A stretch of DNA of 64,000 bases from NCBI GenBank assembly GCA_038087875.1, contig CM075980.1:14880001-14944000 (forward strand), read 5' to 3'. The position numbers were made by a program, and so were the translations under genes. The stretch is from Malacoraja senta. Its lineage: Eukaryota. The notes under the pieces are model-generated. The model was not told the origin of the DNA, did not search any database, and saw only the letters and a list, made by a program, of their open reading frames with translations. Below, one piece after another: positions 12,918-25,736 of this stretch. Position 1 is the stretch's first letter, and every line of letters begins with the position of its first letter.

Positions 12918-13782
12918 TTAATGGTTCAGCCTCAACAGATCTTTTGGGTGAGAAACTCCAAAGATTTACTGTTCTCTGGATGAGGGAATTTATTCTTATC
13001 TCTGTTTTAAATGGCCATTCCCTTATTTTGAGGCTCCTGGTATGAGATATCTTAGCAAGGAGAAATATAATTCCCCTATCTATCCTATCAAACTCAGTAA
13101 GAATTTTGTATGTTTCAGTGGGATCATGTCTCATTCTTCTAAATCATAGGAAATACAGACCCAGACAGCATCATATTGTATACATATGAAAAACCCACCA
13201 TCCCTATAATCAATCTGATTAATGTTTGCTGGGCCCCTCTTATCACAATTATACCCTTACTTGGGTAAGAAGACCAGACCTATCACAGTATTTCCAATGC
13301 AGTCTTCCCAGGATTCTATGCTATTGGAACAATGAAAGCCAAAATACCTAGTAACTTACTGATTGCTGTAATTCCAAATTTTCTTTTCATAAATCATGTA
13401 CACGATATCCAGGTCCAACTGAACACCAACATCTTTCAATCGTTCACCAATTAAAACATGCTCCAATTTCGATTTATTCCACCAAATGAATGACCTTGCA
13501 TTTTTCTACATTATATTCCATCATCAGCATTCATTTTGTTTAAATCCACTAAACTTCTCTACATACTCCCCTCACCCCATGTTGCCAGCTAGCTTTATAG
13601 ACATAGTTTTACAACCTGGCTCCTAAATATGTTAATGATGTATAATTGTGTCACAGCCTAATTAACAGAAGCTGTTAATAGTTAGAATGTGCTGTGGTGC
13701 TCCATTCTTCCGGAGACATGTTCAAAATGTGTGGAAAGCTATCCTGAGTACAGGATAGATAACACAATCTCAACAATATGGA

Positions 13783-14621
13783 GTTTTAAAGAAGGAACTG
13801 CAGATGCTGGAAAATCGAAGGTACACAAAAATGCTGGAGAAACTCAGCGGGTGCAGCAGCATCTATGGAGCGAAGGAAATAGGCAACGTTTCGGGCCGAA
13901 ACCCTTCTTCAGACTGATAGGGGGTGGGGGGAAGAAAGGAAAAAAGGAAAAAGGCGGAGGAGGAGCCCGAGGGCTGGGGGAGGAGACAACCAGAGGGCTG
14001 ATGAAGGGGAGGGGACAGCAAGGGCTAGCAGAATTGGGAGAATTCAATGTTCAAGCCCCCAGGATGTAGACTGCCCAAGCGGAATATGAGGTGCATTTAC
14101 TCCAATTTACAGTGTTGCTCGCTGTGGCCATGGAGGAGACCCAGGACAGAGAGGTCAGATACGGAATGGGAGGGGGAGTTGAAGTGCTGAGCCACCGGGA
14201 GCTCAGGTTGGTTATTGCGGACCGACCGGAGGTGTTCGGCGTTCGGCGAAACGATCGCCAAGCCTCCGCTTGGTCTCACCGATGTAGATCAGCTGGCATC
14301 TAGAGCAGCAGATGCAATAGATGAGGTTGGAGGAGATGCAGGTGAACCTCTGTACCTCATATGCACCTCATATTCCGCTTGGGCAGTCTACATCCTGGGG
14401 GCTTGAACATTGAATTCTCCCAATTCTGCTAGCCCTTGCTGTCCCCTCTGGTTGTCTCCTCCCCCAGGCCTCGGGCTCCTCCTCCGCCTTTTTCCTTTTT
14501 TCCTTTCTTCCCCCCACCCCCTATCAGTCTGAAGAAGGGTTTCGGCCCGAAACGTTGTCTATTTCCTTCGCTCCATAGATGCTGCTGCACCCGCTGAGTT
14601 TCTCCAGCATTTTTGTGTACC
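13783..14621. mobile_element. Palindromic PLE insertion: minus-strand GIY-YIG and 3' end, plus inverted arm
   Basis: 14-bp TSD CTCAACAATATGGA at 13769-13782 and 14622-14635; arms about 13819-14093 and 14361-14621; cores at 13885-13912(-) and 14529-14556(+). Confidence 0.9.
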
Positions 14622-15039
14622 CTCAACAATATGGATATAGCTGGGCATTGTTATCGTCACCCAAAGCTAAGTGCAAGCATTCTGATAGTTATCCCTTTGG
14701 GTTTGAATCTATTCCTCTCCAGCTTCTCATTATCATTCTCTCCATGCACATGTACTCTGCAATCTCGTACCATCTATGTGTTTTTGCTTATTAAATGGTA
14801 CTTCTGCATTTACTTGCAAAGTGTAAACAGTAATGTCGGTCATAATTTACACAGAATGAGAAGAATAGCATTGTGCAATATATTTGCATAGATTGGTCTT
14901 ATTGATTTGCAAAGTGTAACAGCATACCTGCTGTAAATGCCATACTTCAGCTGTGGACCAGATTGCATTTTGTGATTTTTTTTAATTATCCAAGTCTCAA
15001 ATGAGTATAAGGCTTACAACATTTAGGACTGGCGATCCA

Positions 15040-15390
15040 GTATGATACAAGAAGTCCAGGTACAACTTCCTGAAGGCTAGCCAAGAAGACCAAGATGATA
15101 TGCTTTAATGACTACTGACCAGTGCACTTGTATCCATTGTGCTGAAGTGCTTCAAGATATCAACTCATATCAACCCTGCCTTGGCAAGGACCTGGACCCA
15201 CTTAATTTGCCTACCACTGCAACGGATCAACAGTGGATGTGATCTTGCGGGCTCTTCATTCTGCATTAGACCACTTGGACAACATGAAGATGTACATGAG
15301 GCTGATGTTCATCGACCATGGCTCCGCGTTCAACACCATCTTCCCCTCTCAATTTATTGTCAATCTCTGGGAACTCGGTCTCTGCTTGTT
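15040..15390 (+). mobile_element. Degraded Rex-Babar RT fragment (duplicated at about 16740-17085)
   Basis: LDPL.FAY, ALHSALDHLD...RLMFID..SAFNTI motifs. Confidence 0.75.
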
Positions 15391-15549
15391 CCTATCTGAT
15401 ATGTTATTCCCCAAGAGAAATTACTTCTCATCTGCCCATTCTGTGTTACAGCTGGATTGTGAAAAGTTTTATAATTGGAACAATGTATTTCAGTGTCTGC
15501 TACACCTCTCTTTGCAATATTTAATGTTAAGACAGCACTGAATTTGGAG

Positions 15550-16318
15550 GCAGCAGCATCTATGGAGCGAAGGAAATAGGCAACGTTTCGGGCCGAAACC
15601 CTTCTTCAGACTGATAGGGGGTGGGGGGAAGAAAGGAAAAAAGGAAAAAGGCGGAGGAGGAGCCCGAGGGCTGGGGGAGGAGACAACCAGAGGGCTAATG
15701 AAGGGGAGGGGACAGCAAGGGCTAGCAGAATTGGGAGAATTCAATGTGCAAGCCCCCAGGATGTAGACTGCCCAAGCGGAATATGAGGTGCATTTACTCC
15801 AATTTACAGTGTTGCTCGCTGTGGCCATGGAGGAGACCCAGGACAGAGAGGTCAGATATGGAATGGGAGGGGGAGTTGAAGTGCTGAGCCACCGGGAGCT
15901 CAGGTTGGTTATTGCGGACCGACCGGAGGTGTTCGGCGTTCGGCGAAACGATCGCCAAGCCTCCGCTTGGTCTCACCGATGTAGATCAGCTGGCATCTAG
16001 AGCAGCGGATGCAATAGATGAGGTTGGAGGAGATGCAGGTGAACCTCTGTACCTCATATGCACCTCATATTCCGCTTGGGCAGTCTACATCCTGGGGGCT
16101 TGAACATTGAATTCTCCCAATTCTGCTAGCCCTTGCTGTCCCCTCTGGTTGTCTCCTCCCCCAGCCCTCGGGCTCCTCCTCCACCTTTTTCCTTTTTTCC
16201 TTTCTTCCCCCCACCCCCTATCAGTCTGAAGAAGGGTTTCGGCCCGAAACGTTGTCTATTTCCTTCGCTCCATAGATGCTGCTGCACCCGCTGAGTTTCT
16301 CCAGCATTTTTGTGTACC
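15550..16318. mobile_element. Second, left-truncated copy of the palindromic PLE
   Basis: near-identical to 13853-14621. Confidence 0.9.
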
Positions 16319-17639
16319 CTCAACAATATGGATATAGCTGGGCATTGTTATCATCACCCAAAGCTAAGTGCAAGCATTCTGATAGTTATCCCTTTGGGTT
16401 TGAATCTATTCCTCTCCAGCTTCTCATTATCATTCTCTCCATGCACATGTACTCTGCAATCTCGTACCATCTATGTGTTTTTGCTTATTAAATGGTACTT
16501 CTGCATTTACTTGCAAAGTGTAAACAGTAATGTCGGTCATAATTTACACAGAATGAGAAGAATAGCATTGTGCAATATATTTGCATAGATTGGTCTTATT
16601 GATTTGCAAAGTGTAACAGCATACCTGCTGTAAATGCCATACTTCAGCTGTGGACCAGATTGCATTTTGTGATTTTTTTTAATTATCCAAGTCTCAAATG
16701 AGTATAAGGCTTACAACATTTAGGACTGGCGATCCAGTATGATACAAGAAGTCCAGGTACAACTTCCTGAAGGCTAGCCAAGAAGACCAAGATGATATGC
16801 CTTAATGACTACTGACCAGTGCACTTGTATCCATTGTGCTGAAGTGCTTCAAGATATCAACTCATATCAACCCCTGCCTTGGCAAGGACCTGGACCCACT
16901 TAATTTGCCTACCACTGCAACGGATCAACAGTGGATGTGATCTTGCGGGCTCTTCACTCTGCATTAGACCACTTGGACAACATGAAGATGTACATGAGGC
17001 TGATGTTCATCGACCATGGCTCCACGTTCAACACCATCTTCCCCTCTCAAGTTATTGTCAATCTCTGGGAACTCGGTCTCTGCTTGTTCCTATCTGATAT
17101 GTTATTCCCCAAGAGAAATTACTTCTCATCTGCCCATTCTGTGTTACAGCTGGATTGTGAAAAGTTTTATAATTGGAACAATGTATTTCAGTGTCTGCTA
17201 CACCTCTCTTTGCAATATTTAATGTTAAGACAGCACTGAATTTGGAGGCATAGCACCTTTTATATCTTATCAAATCCCGACCATATGCCAAAGCAGTTTA
17301 AGACAATTATATGTTGAAGTAAAGTCATCTTTATTTCAGTAAACAAGACAGGCAATTAATGCATTACAAAATCCAATGATAAACAGCAATGAATGAGAAG
17401 TTGGGGGAATCAACATTTGGTGATCTTGGTTAAAAAAGAAAAAATGTGATAGAAAGATGGAGAATCTGCTATTATTCAAATAATGCTTAGTTTAATCACT
17501 AGGAATGTCAGATGAGTCCTCGATTCTTTCAAAAGATCCACCTGATCTCAGCCACATTCCAAAACCAATATAGTATATCTCAAGTCCATGCTTGCATTCA
17601 AGACACTGTGTCTCACTGATATCTTTTTTTTTTAAATTT

Positions 17640-17750
17640 CTATATTGCACTACTACTACGGACTGACGCAAAACTGCATTTCGTTGTACCCATACTCAGT
17701 ATTTGTGCAATGACATTAAAGTTGAATTGAATTGAATTGAATTGAATTGA
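17640..17750 (+). repeat. LINE 3' end with (TTGAA)n tail
   Basis: ATTAAA followed by six TTGAA units. Confidence 0.6.
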
Positions 17751-18121
17751 ATATTTGCCTAATTTTTGGAAAGGATTTAAGATCTTTAAAATGCTTATTG
17801 CAGCCACCAAGGGTGTCTGCACCATGAAGAGATAGGCAGTTGAAACCTTCTTGTCACCAAGTTGTGCTTTCTCTCTGAAACGATGAAGGAGAAAAGAAAC
17901 ATAACATTGCATTAGCTTGTTAATCATTTTTAATTTGAAGAATCCTTGGAAAATCTTCCATGCATATAAAAACATTTTGTCCCCTTTGAATTTACAAGTG
18001 TTATTGTAGATTGCAAAAATGAGAGGATTCATGTTGTCAGTCATTTCATTCAATGGTACTTTGCTGCAATATTCAACAACAAGATATATCTGATCACGTA
18101 TTTGTGTCTCTCTTTCAACAG

Positions 18122-18200
18122 GATTGCCCCTTTATCGTCTGTATGACCTATGCTTTCCATACACCAGACAAGCTGTGCTTTATTCTCGATCTGATGAACG
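18122..18200 (+). CDS. GRK3: GRK3 exon 10: [26 protein letters not shown](G)
   Basis: aacag acceptor, gtaaga donor, 79 nt; CMTY and DKLCF are GRK3-type (GRK2 has CMSY, DKLSF). Confidence 0.97.
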
Positions 18201-18588
18201 GTAAGAAACACATTTTGAACTTTGCTCACTTGAATGACACCCAAATTAGTTTCACTCTCAAACGGCTCAGCTGGTAGTGTGTTGAGGCGTGAGGGATAAG
18301 TTTAAAACACAGTAAATTAATCTCTGATTATTTTCATCCCTGATATGAGTAGCTTTATGAAGGTTAAAGTGCATTCATCTTTTGTTAGTACAGTATCTAA
18401 ATAAATGCAAATATTTATCCTTCCTTACTTCCCAGATTAACCAGGTTACTAATTTCATGGGGTCATCCCGAAGGCAGGGATTATGCAGCAAACTGTTACG
18501 GTTACCAGCTCATTGATGTGTACAGGGCATATTTGGCATGCTATATGTTTCAGAAGATCACAAAACATGTTGCTCTTTCTGCTTGTAG

Positions 18589-18719
18589 GTGGAGATCTGC
18601 ATTATCATCTTTCACAGCATGGAGTGTTCTCCGAGAAGGAGATGAGATTCTATGCTGCAGAGATTATGCTGGGCCTGGAACATATGCACAATAGATTTGT
18701 AGTCTACAGAGACTTGAAG
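18589..18719 (+). CDS. GRK3: GRK3 exon 11: [43 protein letters not shown]
   Basis: ttgtag acceptor, gtagga donor, 131 nt; YRDLK catalytic loop; FSEKEM is GRK3-type. Confidence 0.97.
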
Positions 18720-19444
18720 GTAGGATGAGATTGATCTAAACACAGGTATAATTTAAATTTAAGTGTAATATAAAAAGATAATATGCAGCAAGTCAAATCA
18801 CCTGCAGAAATTTGCTTGGAAAAAAAAGTAGATTTTAGTTCTTTTTTTCAGCAGAGCAAATATGGGAATGATAACCAAGTAATTTCATTATAAATGTACA
18901 GAAGATGCAAGGACTAACCAGTATTTCATTTGCAGTGAGCTATTAAATGATTTGGATGTTTTAAATTATACGATCTCAACCGGTGGTGAGGGCAGCATTT
19001 TATGCCCAGCTCTAATTATCATTGGGAAATTGATGTTGAAGTACTGCTATCTTAATGATGGAGATACTCTCCACAGCATTGTTGGGTAGATGAATCTGTG
19101 ACTTACACCTAATGATGATGAAGGAACCGGAACCTGTTTCCGAGTATTTCCATAAATGACCTGTAAACTGTTTGAGATGCTATTAGAAAATAATGGTGCG
19201 AAATACAGAAAGGTCGCAGTTGGTATGTGATGAAGAACTAAAGTGATTCTCTGGGATGGAGGTTAATGTTGTCTGTGCAAGGACTGTGTCTCAAGGTCAC
19301 TAAGCCTTTGACCCATTGTATCTGCATCTGCATTGACTATCAAGCACTTTTTTACACTAATCCCATTTCTTCCTCTCGCAATCCCATCAGCTCCCCAGTG
19401 TGCTCTCATATCAGTGGGTTGATCAAAGCTTTAGTTGCTGCCTA

Positions 19445-19812
19445 TTGAATTGAATTGAATACTTTATTGTCACATGTGACGAGTCACAGTGAAATTCTTT
19501 GCTTGCATCCGGTCCCCCCACGCCGCATCCTCCTTTGTTCCTTCCCTCACCAGCAGTGTCCTCACTTCCACGTGTCCGTCCTCGTCCGCGGTCATCGACC
19601 GCCGCACCGACCTTTCCACTATCGCTGCAGGGTCCTCTCCGGTCACCTCCGTGGCGCAGACTCAGACCCCAGCCGCGAGCTCCGTCGACCCAGGCACTGA
19701 ATGCCGCGGGCTTCGTCGACCCGCAGGCTCCACCTCCATCTCCGAACCCCGAGGTTACAGCCGCGAGGTCCAGGCTCCGACCCATGAGGCCTGAGCCGCG
19801 AGGCTCCACCGC
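19445..19812 (-). mobile_element. GC-rich retroposon 3' fragment with (ATTCA)n tail
   Basis: minus strand ends ACAATAAAGT(ATTCA)n; sharp GC/CpG contrast with the intron. Confidence 0.55.
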
Positions 19813-20477
19813 TGATAATTAACTGGATGCAAAAGATTGCTTAAGAGTTCAAATTCCATACAATATAAATATTTCTTTCTTTACAAATAATTGCATTGTT
19901 AAAATGATATTGACAGCAAGATAGGGATTGACTCATGCCCTGTGGGTTCTATTGATCTGTCACACTGTTCTTCATACCAGAAACCCAGGTTGGGTAATTT
20001 CTGATTATAAATCACACTGTCTTTTGTCCCCATGCCCAATATTTGTAAAACTAATTAACCAAAATGTTAAATGCGTAATTTTTATCGTATGGTTTTTCTC
20101 CAGATTGCTAGCAACACCTCCGTGGAGATTAGGCATTAATTTGTAGAGAATCCAGCACATCCCAGGGAGATAACAATCCTAATTGAAAAGGGATGGTTTG
20201 AAAACTTGTTTTCTCTGCAGGGAATAGACAGATCAACAAGGTTTCCTGCTTTCATTTGTCACACACCACTGCTTCTCCCCGAAAGCAACTAATCTGACAC
20301 AATGACACTTAATGAGAACCACATGGAAACGATGGAGAGGAATGGCAACTGGGAAGTCAGATAGGTGTTTGTTGATTAATTCATTACATTCTGTTTTCCT
20401 GTTTTAAGAAGAGAGAACCACAACATTAGTGTTTCTTTAAAAAATAGCTGTTTGAAAATAATTAAAATTAGCTATTT

Positions 20478-20757
20478 TACGATACGGTAGAATTTTATTT
20501 ATCCCAGGAGGGAAATTGATCTGCCAACAGTCATAAAACACAAGATACATGAAGCATGAAATGAAAGTGATGAGTGGAAAGGATTGGGGATGTGCAAAGA
20601 TTTGTGGAGGGGAGTCAGTCTACCTCATGACAGAAGGGGGAGGAGTTGTATAGTTTGATAGCCACAGGGAAGAAGGATCTCCTGTGGTGTTCTGTACTGC
20701 ATCTTGGTGGAACCAGTCTGTTGCTGAAGGTACTCCTCAGGTTGACTGGTGTGTCAT
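20478..20757 (-). mobile_element. Rex1-type LINE 3' end
   Basis: minus strand STFSNRLVPPRCSTEHHRRSFFPVAIKLYNSS, then UTR and short tail. Confidence 0.75.
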
Positions 20758-20832
20758 CTTACCTTCATAGGTCGTTGAAATTAACTATCAGAGGAATAGA
20801 GACACATATTTGGGGATTTAGCATTTCCCAAC

Positions 20833-21148
20833 TTTAGTTTGAAATACAGCATTAAAATATACCCAACGGCCCTCCAAGTCCAAGCCGATCATCAGGTCAC
20901 ACTAGTTCTGTATTATCCTACTTTCGCATCCATTCCCTAATTGCTAGGGGCAATTTTACAGACAGCCAATTAACCTACAAACCCTAACATCATTGGAATG
21001 TGGGAAGACACCAGAGTACCCGGAGGAAACCCACACAGTCACAGGGAGGATATGCAAACTCTGCACAGACAGCTGCCGAGGTCCAGAATGAACCCGGGCC
21101 TCTGGCGCTGTAAGGCAGCCGTTCTACCCACCGAGCCACTGTGTTGCT
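20833..21148 (-). mobile_element. tRNA-derived V-SINE (HE1-like)
   Basis: A/B-box head, V-domain (gaaacccac...cacagggag..a..tgcaaactc) and CR1-like tail. Confidence 0.8.
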
Positions 21149-21671
21149 CTATAAAGATGTTTGATTGGAGGAAGGTACTGATCCTGTTTGCACTGAATGA
21201 AGATTAGGAGATATAATGAGGACACACTGGTGAACTGAGAGGAGGCATGGAGTTTGGCAGAAATCTATTGCATACCAATCTTGCCATCCAGTGTGTGCCT
21301 TTAAGTAATTTATATGTGACGGGCATTTCTTGGATGATCCCTGTTTTCATAAAGAGTGATGGTTTAAGGCTACCATTGTACATAGACATCAGCTCCTTTG
21401 CAAATATCCTCTACTTCACCTCAATCTTGAATGTTTATCTGTCCTTTTGAAAGTGAACCTCTGCTTCTTGGCATTGCATCTGTTCACAGTGTCACAATGA
21501 ATGTTGGCAATATCAGCCAATGAGTGGTCGCGGTAGAAGCCTGACAGGTATACTTTTTAACTGAGTTTTGTGTCTTCTAATATCAAATACAGAGGAGGGA
21601 GTTCCACCACATTGCTCAATTACCCACGATACAACTTTGTCTTTGAAGACAGCAGATAACATACATTATAA

Positions 21672-22230
21672 AGGGCCTGTCCCACTTAGGCGATTTTTTT
21701 CGGCGACTGTCATAACCGTAGCAAGTCGCCGAAAAACTGGCGACTGGATCCCCCTATGACAATGTCTACAACAAGCTATAACAACCTACCACCTAGTCGA
21801 CGTCAAGCTATGGCAGGCTATCAACAAGCGGCGACCCATTAGGACGTCCACCTACGACCACACCTAAGACAACCTAAGTCCACCTACGACAATCGATGAC
21901 CCTGTCTGCGACAACTGAAGACAATTTAAAACAATTCAGTCGCCGGTACCTGTCGCCAGTACCTGTCGCCGGTACCTGTCGCCGGTTGATGTAGGTAGTC
22001 GCCAATGGAATTCACCAAAGTCAGCACCGGCGACAACTTACGTCATCCTGGCGACAACCTACGTCATCTTGGCGAGAACCTACGACAGCACATCAGGAGA
22101 AGTCAAGCTATGCTCATCGGTGTCAAGCCCACTGTCGCCAAAAAATGTTGAACAATTCAAAATCCAGAGGAGACCAGAAAAACGCTATGACTCTTTGGGT
22201 GACTGAGGGGACTATGATTAGATGGGACTC
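21672..22230. mobile_element. Non-autonomous PIF/Harbinger-like element, right end degraded
   Basis: TAA then AGGGCCTGTCCCACT; many GTCGCC/GGCGAC repeats; 13-bp unit repeated 3 times near 21939-21985. Confidence 0.65.
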
Positions 22231-22394
22231 TGGTTCTGATTCCTTGCTAATCCCAAGTCCTCTAATGAAGGCTGATCTTCACAGTGGCTAGGTCACTTCT
22301 ACACTGAAAGTTGGCTGCTTGCCTAAGTTACTTACGGAGTTTTGTATGCATGTTATCCTGGAAACACGCTAAAATATTTTTTCTAAAATACTGC

Positions 22395-22589
22395 CTGCCC
22401 ATGAACATCAAAAGAACAGCAGAGACACCATCTGCACCCACCACCCCACCCACATACTTCGACAGCACACCAGGGACAAAATACAGCAGTCAATTGACCT
22501 ACCAACCACAGCATGCCTTTGACACATGGGAGAAAACTAGAGCGCCAGGAGAAAAAAAAACATGCATTCACAAGGAGAACAAACAACCT
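22395..22589 (-). mobile_element. V-SINE 3' half; its 5' half resumes at 25909-26000
   Basis: collinear with SINEs at 20833 and 36390, split at gagaac...|caaactc. Confidence 0.7.
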
Positions 22590-22959
22590 CAGGGTTGCCA
22601 ACATTAGGTGAGAGTTGGGAGTGAGAAATTGCGAGAAACCAAGCCTGAGGGAGCGTAGCGACCGAGGTGGGGGGGGGGAGAGGGTGTGGGAGGGGAGTGT
22701 CCCCCCTCCCATTAGTACGGAGCTTTCGCATTTTTCAGCTTGAAATTGTGCAATCTGGTGCATACTGTAGCAAGTCTTAACTTACACTTGAATGCAATAT
22801 GTATGCTTTAAATTGGATTAGCTATGAATAAGGTTAGGCTAAATTACATTCCTAATTACATTCCACAATAGAGCCATGCTTTGATCAACAGGTGCAGCAC
22901 ATGAATGATCTCAGTATATTCATGTATGGAAATCAGATTATAATCAAACACTTGGCCCA

Positions 22960-23260
22960 TGTTGACCAACCTGGATCTCACTGCACACCTGGTACTACTC
23001 CTGACCCTGATTCCAGTTGCATACCTTCTCTCATTCCTGACCCTGAGTCCAGCCTTACACCTGGCCCCCTATGCTACCGTGATAATAGCTGCTTACCTGC
23101 TTAGGTTCCCAGTGCTGAACAGTCCCATTGTCCCAGCTTTGACTGCACACCTAGTACTATTCCAGACCTTGATTCTGGATGCACACTTGGCCTTGCTCCT
23201 AGCCCCTCTGCACTGACAATATATCTGCCCCACACATAAAGCCCCATATCTGACCCCCTG
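22960..23260. repeat. Degenerate tandem repeat (ctgcacacctggt.ctactcctgaccctgattccag-like)
   Basis: recurring gcacacct and cctgaccctga motifs. Confidence 0.5.
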
Positions 23261-24727
23261 GACTTAACCTATTACATTCAAGTCCACAGGTGCTTATCTA
23301 ATGCGGTAATCTTTTATGCGGCACTTCATGGACCAAATTTTGTATAACAAAATTTACTACATCCATTGGCTTCCTTGTTATCTAAAATGCTAGTTACTTT
23401 GTCGAAGAAGTCATCCATTGGTTGAACTCAATTTCTCATCTATAAAATTATACTCACTCGGCTGTATAAGTATTCTGTTACCATTTCCTTCATTTTCCTG
23501 TCCTGAAGTCAATTTCACCCTCAATATTTTCAGTATTTTGCTGTCTTCCTCTCAGCTGGGACTTTTCCGAAATGCAAAGTCCAATAACTATATATTTAAG
23601 CAATGTTATTCTATTAAATGTGATCTTGAGAGTACATAATAATTTCTGTGGTATTCATAACACAACAATGATAAAAAATATCTTTGTTTTGATTGCACCT
23701 ACCAACATGCATACATTATTATATTACAGTTAATATGTACCGAGGGGAATTTTTTGTTCCAATGCTCCCCATTCCCAATTACTTTTACATTGAAGTGATA
23801 GAAATCCAAGTGAAGTTTAAATGGCATCTGAAAAATAAAACCTCCGGAATGGATGATATTCATTACGTGGTTGGTTGGAGTCAGTATCAGCACAATTACT
23901 ATATTAAACTTTGAATCTTCGGATGTCCTGGTTCAAGCTAAAACTAAAGACAAAAGTAACCTCCTCACACATTCCCCTGCAAGTATCTCTGTCAATCCTT
24001 TAAAATATGCCCCTTCTTTGAACAAGCTCTTAAACATCGCATCTGAATCAGTTTCCATCTGATTACACTCCTTGAGGATGTTCATCTACGTGTTCAATTA
24101 ATAAAACAATGAGATTGGGGACATTTCTATTCAACCTGTCAAAGGAATTTGGGTGGAGGGGGGGTTTAGAAATAGTCAGTGAGGTAAACAAACATAATAG
24201 TTGAGTGGAAAATGACAATAGTGTTACCTTCCCAATATTTAACTGAAGGAAATAATGGGTTATCGGGGCGGTATGTTGTTACAGACAGCCTGACATCTTG
24301 CATGTCATTTTAATATTACACTTATCTCATCCCCCCTGGATATTCCAGATTAATAAATTAAGGTTTTGTCAACTAATTACAAATCAATAACATTAGCCAA
24401 CTCCGAAACATGAAGTGCTGAGCATTGGGATCCAGACATTACGGACAACTGGGCTCAGTTCCCCTCTCACATCTGGCAGTGCTCTCTGTCTGAACCAGGG
24501 GCCACGGAGCTTTTTTTAAAGTTGGGGGGCTGAGTGATCACTGATCACTTGCCTTGGGGGTACCCGGCGAGGGAGTGGGGCAACCGAGTGGGGGGAGGGT
24601 GTGGGACATTTTGAAATTTGATGTATTAAAATCATGTTTTAGTGCATTGTAGAAGTATGATTTTAATGTTTTTTGTTTGAAGTATTTTTAAGAGGTAACT
24701 TTTTAAGGGGTAACTTTTTAAGGGGTC

Positions 24728-24950
24728 ACATTTTCCACACAAAGGGTGGTGGTGTATGAAACAAGCTGCCAGAGGAGGTAGTTGAGGCAGGGACTATCCC
24801 AACATTTAAGAAACAGTTAGACTGATACATGGATAGGACAGGTTTGGAGGGATATGGACCAAAAGCAGGTAGTGTAGCTGGGACATGTTGGCGGGTTTGG
24901 GCAAGTTGCCCCAAAGGGCCTGTTTTCACACTGTATCACTCTATGACTAC
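24728..24950 (+). mobile_element. CR1 3' end
   Basis: gaggaggtagttgaggcagg...gggcctgtttt...ctctatgact. Confidence 0.75.
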
Positions 24951-25017
24951 ATTATACCTCCACCATGCATGAATGCTTCAAAATCAATTGGTCGAGTTTT
25001 ATTGCCATATACTCAAG

Positions 25018-25360
25018 CATAGAAACATAGAAAATATGTGCATGAATAGGCCATTCGGCCCTTCGAGCCAGCACTGCCATTCAATATGATCATGGCTGTT
25101 CATCTAAAATCGGTACCTCTTTCCTGTTTTTTCCCCATATCCCTTGATTTCGGGAGCCCCAAGAGCTAAATGTAACTCTCCCTTGAAAACATCCAGTGAA
25201 TTGGCTTCCACTGCCTTCTGTGGCAGAGAATTCCACAGATTCACAACTCTCTGGGTGAAGAACGTTTGTCCTCATCTCAGTCCTAACTGGCCTACCCTTT
25301 ATTCTTAAACTGTGACCCCTGGTTCTGAACTCCCCCAACATCGGGAATATCTTTCCTGCA
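25018..25360 (-). mobile_element. CR1 3' end, inside the TIR element
   Basis: IFPMLGEFRTRGHSLRIKGRP.RTEMR; (TCTATGTT)-type tail. Confidence 0.8.
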
Positions 25361-25465
25361 GTTACAGTAAGTGAAAATCTAGCAGGCAAGCAGGATGCTT
25401 TCTCCAACCACCCCCAATTGAAGGCCACTATCTTCCACCGTTTCTACCCAGTGCTTGGTACCTAC

Positions 25466-25736
25466 TTTCAGCAGCCACGGGTTGTCCTCCAGGATGCACC
25501 GAGCCGCAGCCTGATCCATGCCGGTCACCAAGGCGAATTCGGCACAGAGACTCTAACGGCAGCGGCGCAACGCTTCCGACGCCTCCGACGGCCCGGGACT
25601 CTTGCACTGAGGCTGCTCCATGGCCGGAGCTGCAGCGAGTGACTCTCCAGCCCGGCAAACACTCGCCAGCCCGGCAAACACTCGCCAGCCCCGGCTCCCC
25701 GTCCGCATCTGCCCCCGCCGCTGCTTCTGCTTCCAT
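25466..25736 (-). pseudogene. TDP2: Captured TDP2-like exon 1 (acidic Ala/Gly-rich N-terminus and UBA-like domain start)
   Basis: minus-strand translation ...R*SLCAEFALVTGMDQAAARCILEDNPWLLK|GTAGGT; one TAG at 25553-25555; removing a 19-bp tandem duplication puts ATG 25736 in frame. Confidence 0.65.

Larger units (their letters stand above)
13853..17247. repeat. Tandem duplication, units 13853-15549 and 15550-17247
   Basis: offset 1697 nt; about 12 differences by eye; junction GCA microhomology. Confidence 0.93.

Noticed and set aside
19423-19822. Several 80-128 aa ORFs on both strands
   Set aside because: Explained by the GC-richness of a retroposon fragment; no domain recognised.
20833-21148. 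tRNA genes here and at 36390-36706
   Set aside because: A/B boxes belong to SINE heads with V-domain and LINE-like tails; no cloverleaf.
21750-22110. Short interspersed repeats resembling a CRISPR array
   Set aside because: Vertebrate intron; no constant repeat with unique spacers; these are internal repeats of a Harbinger-like element.
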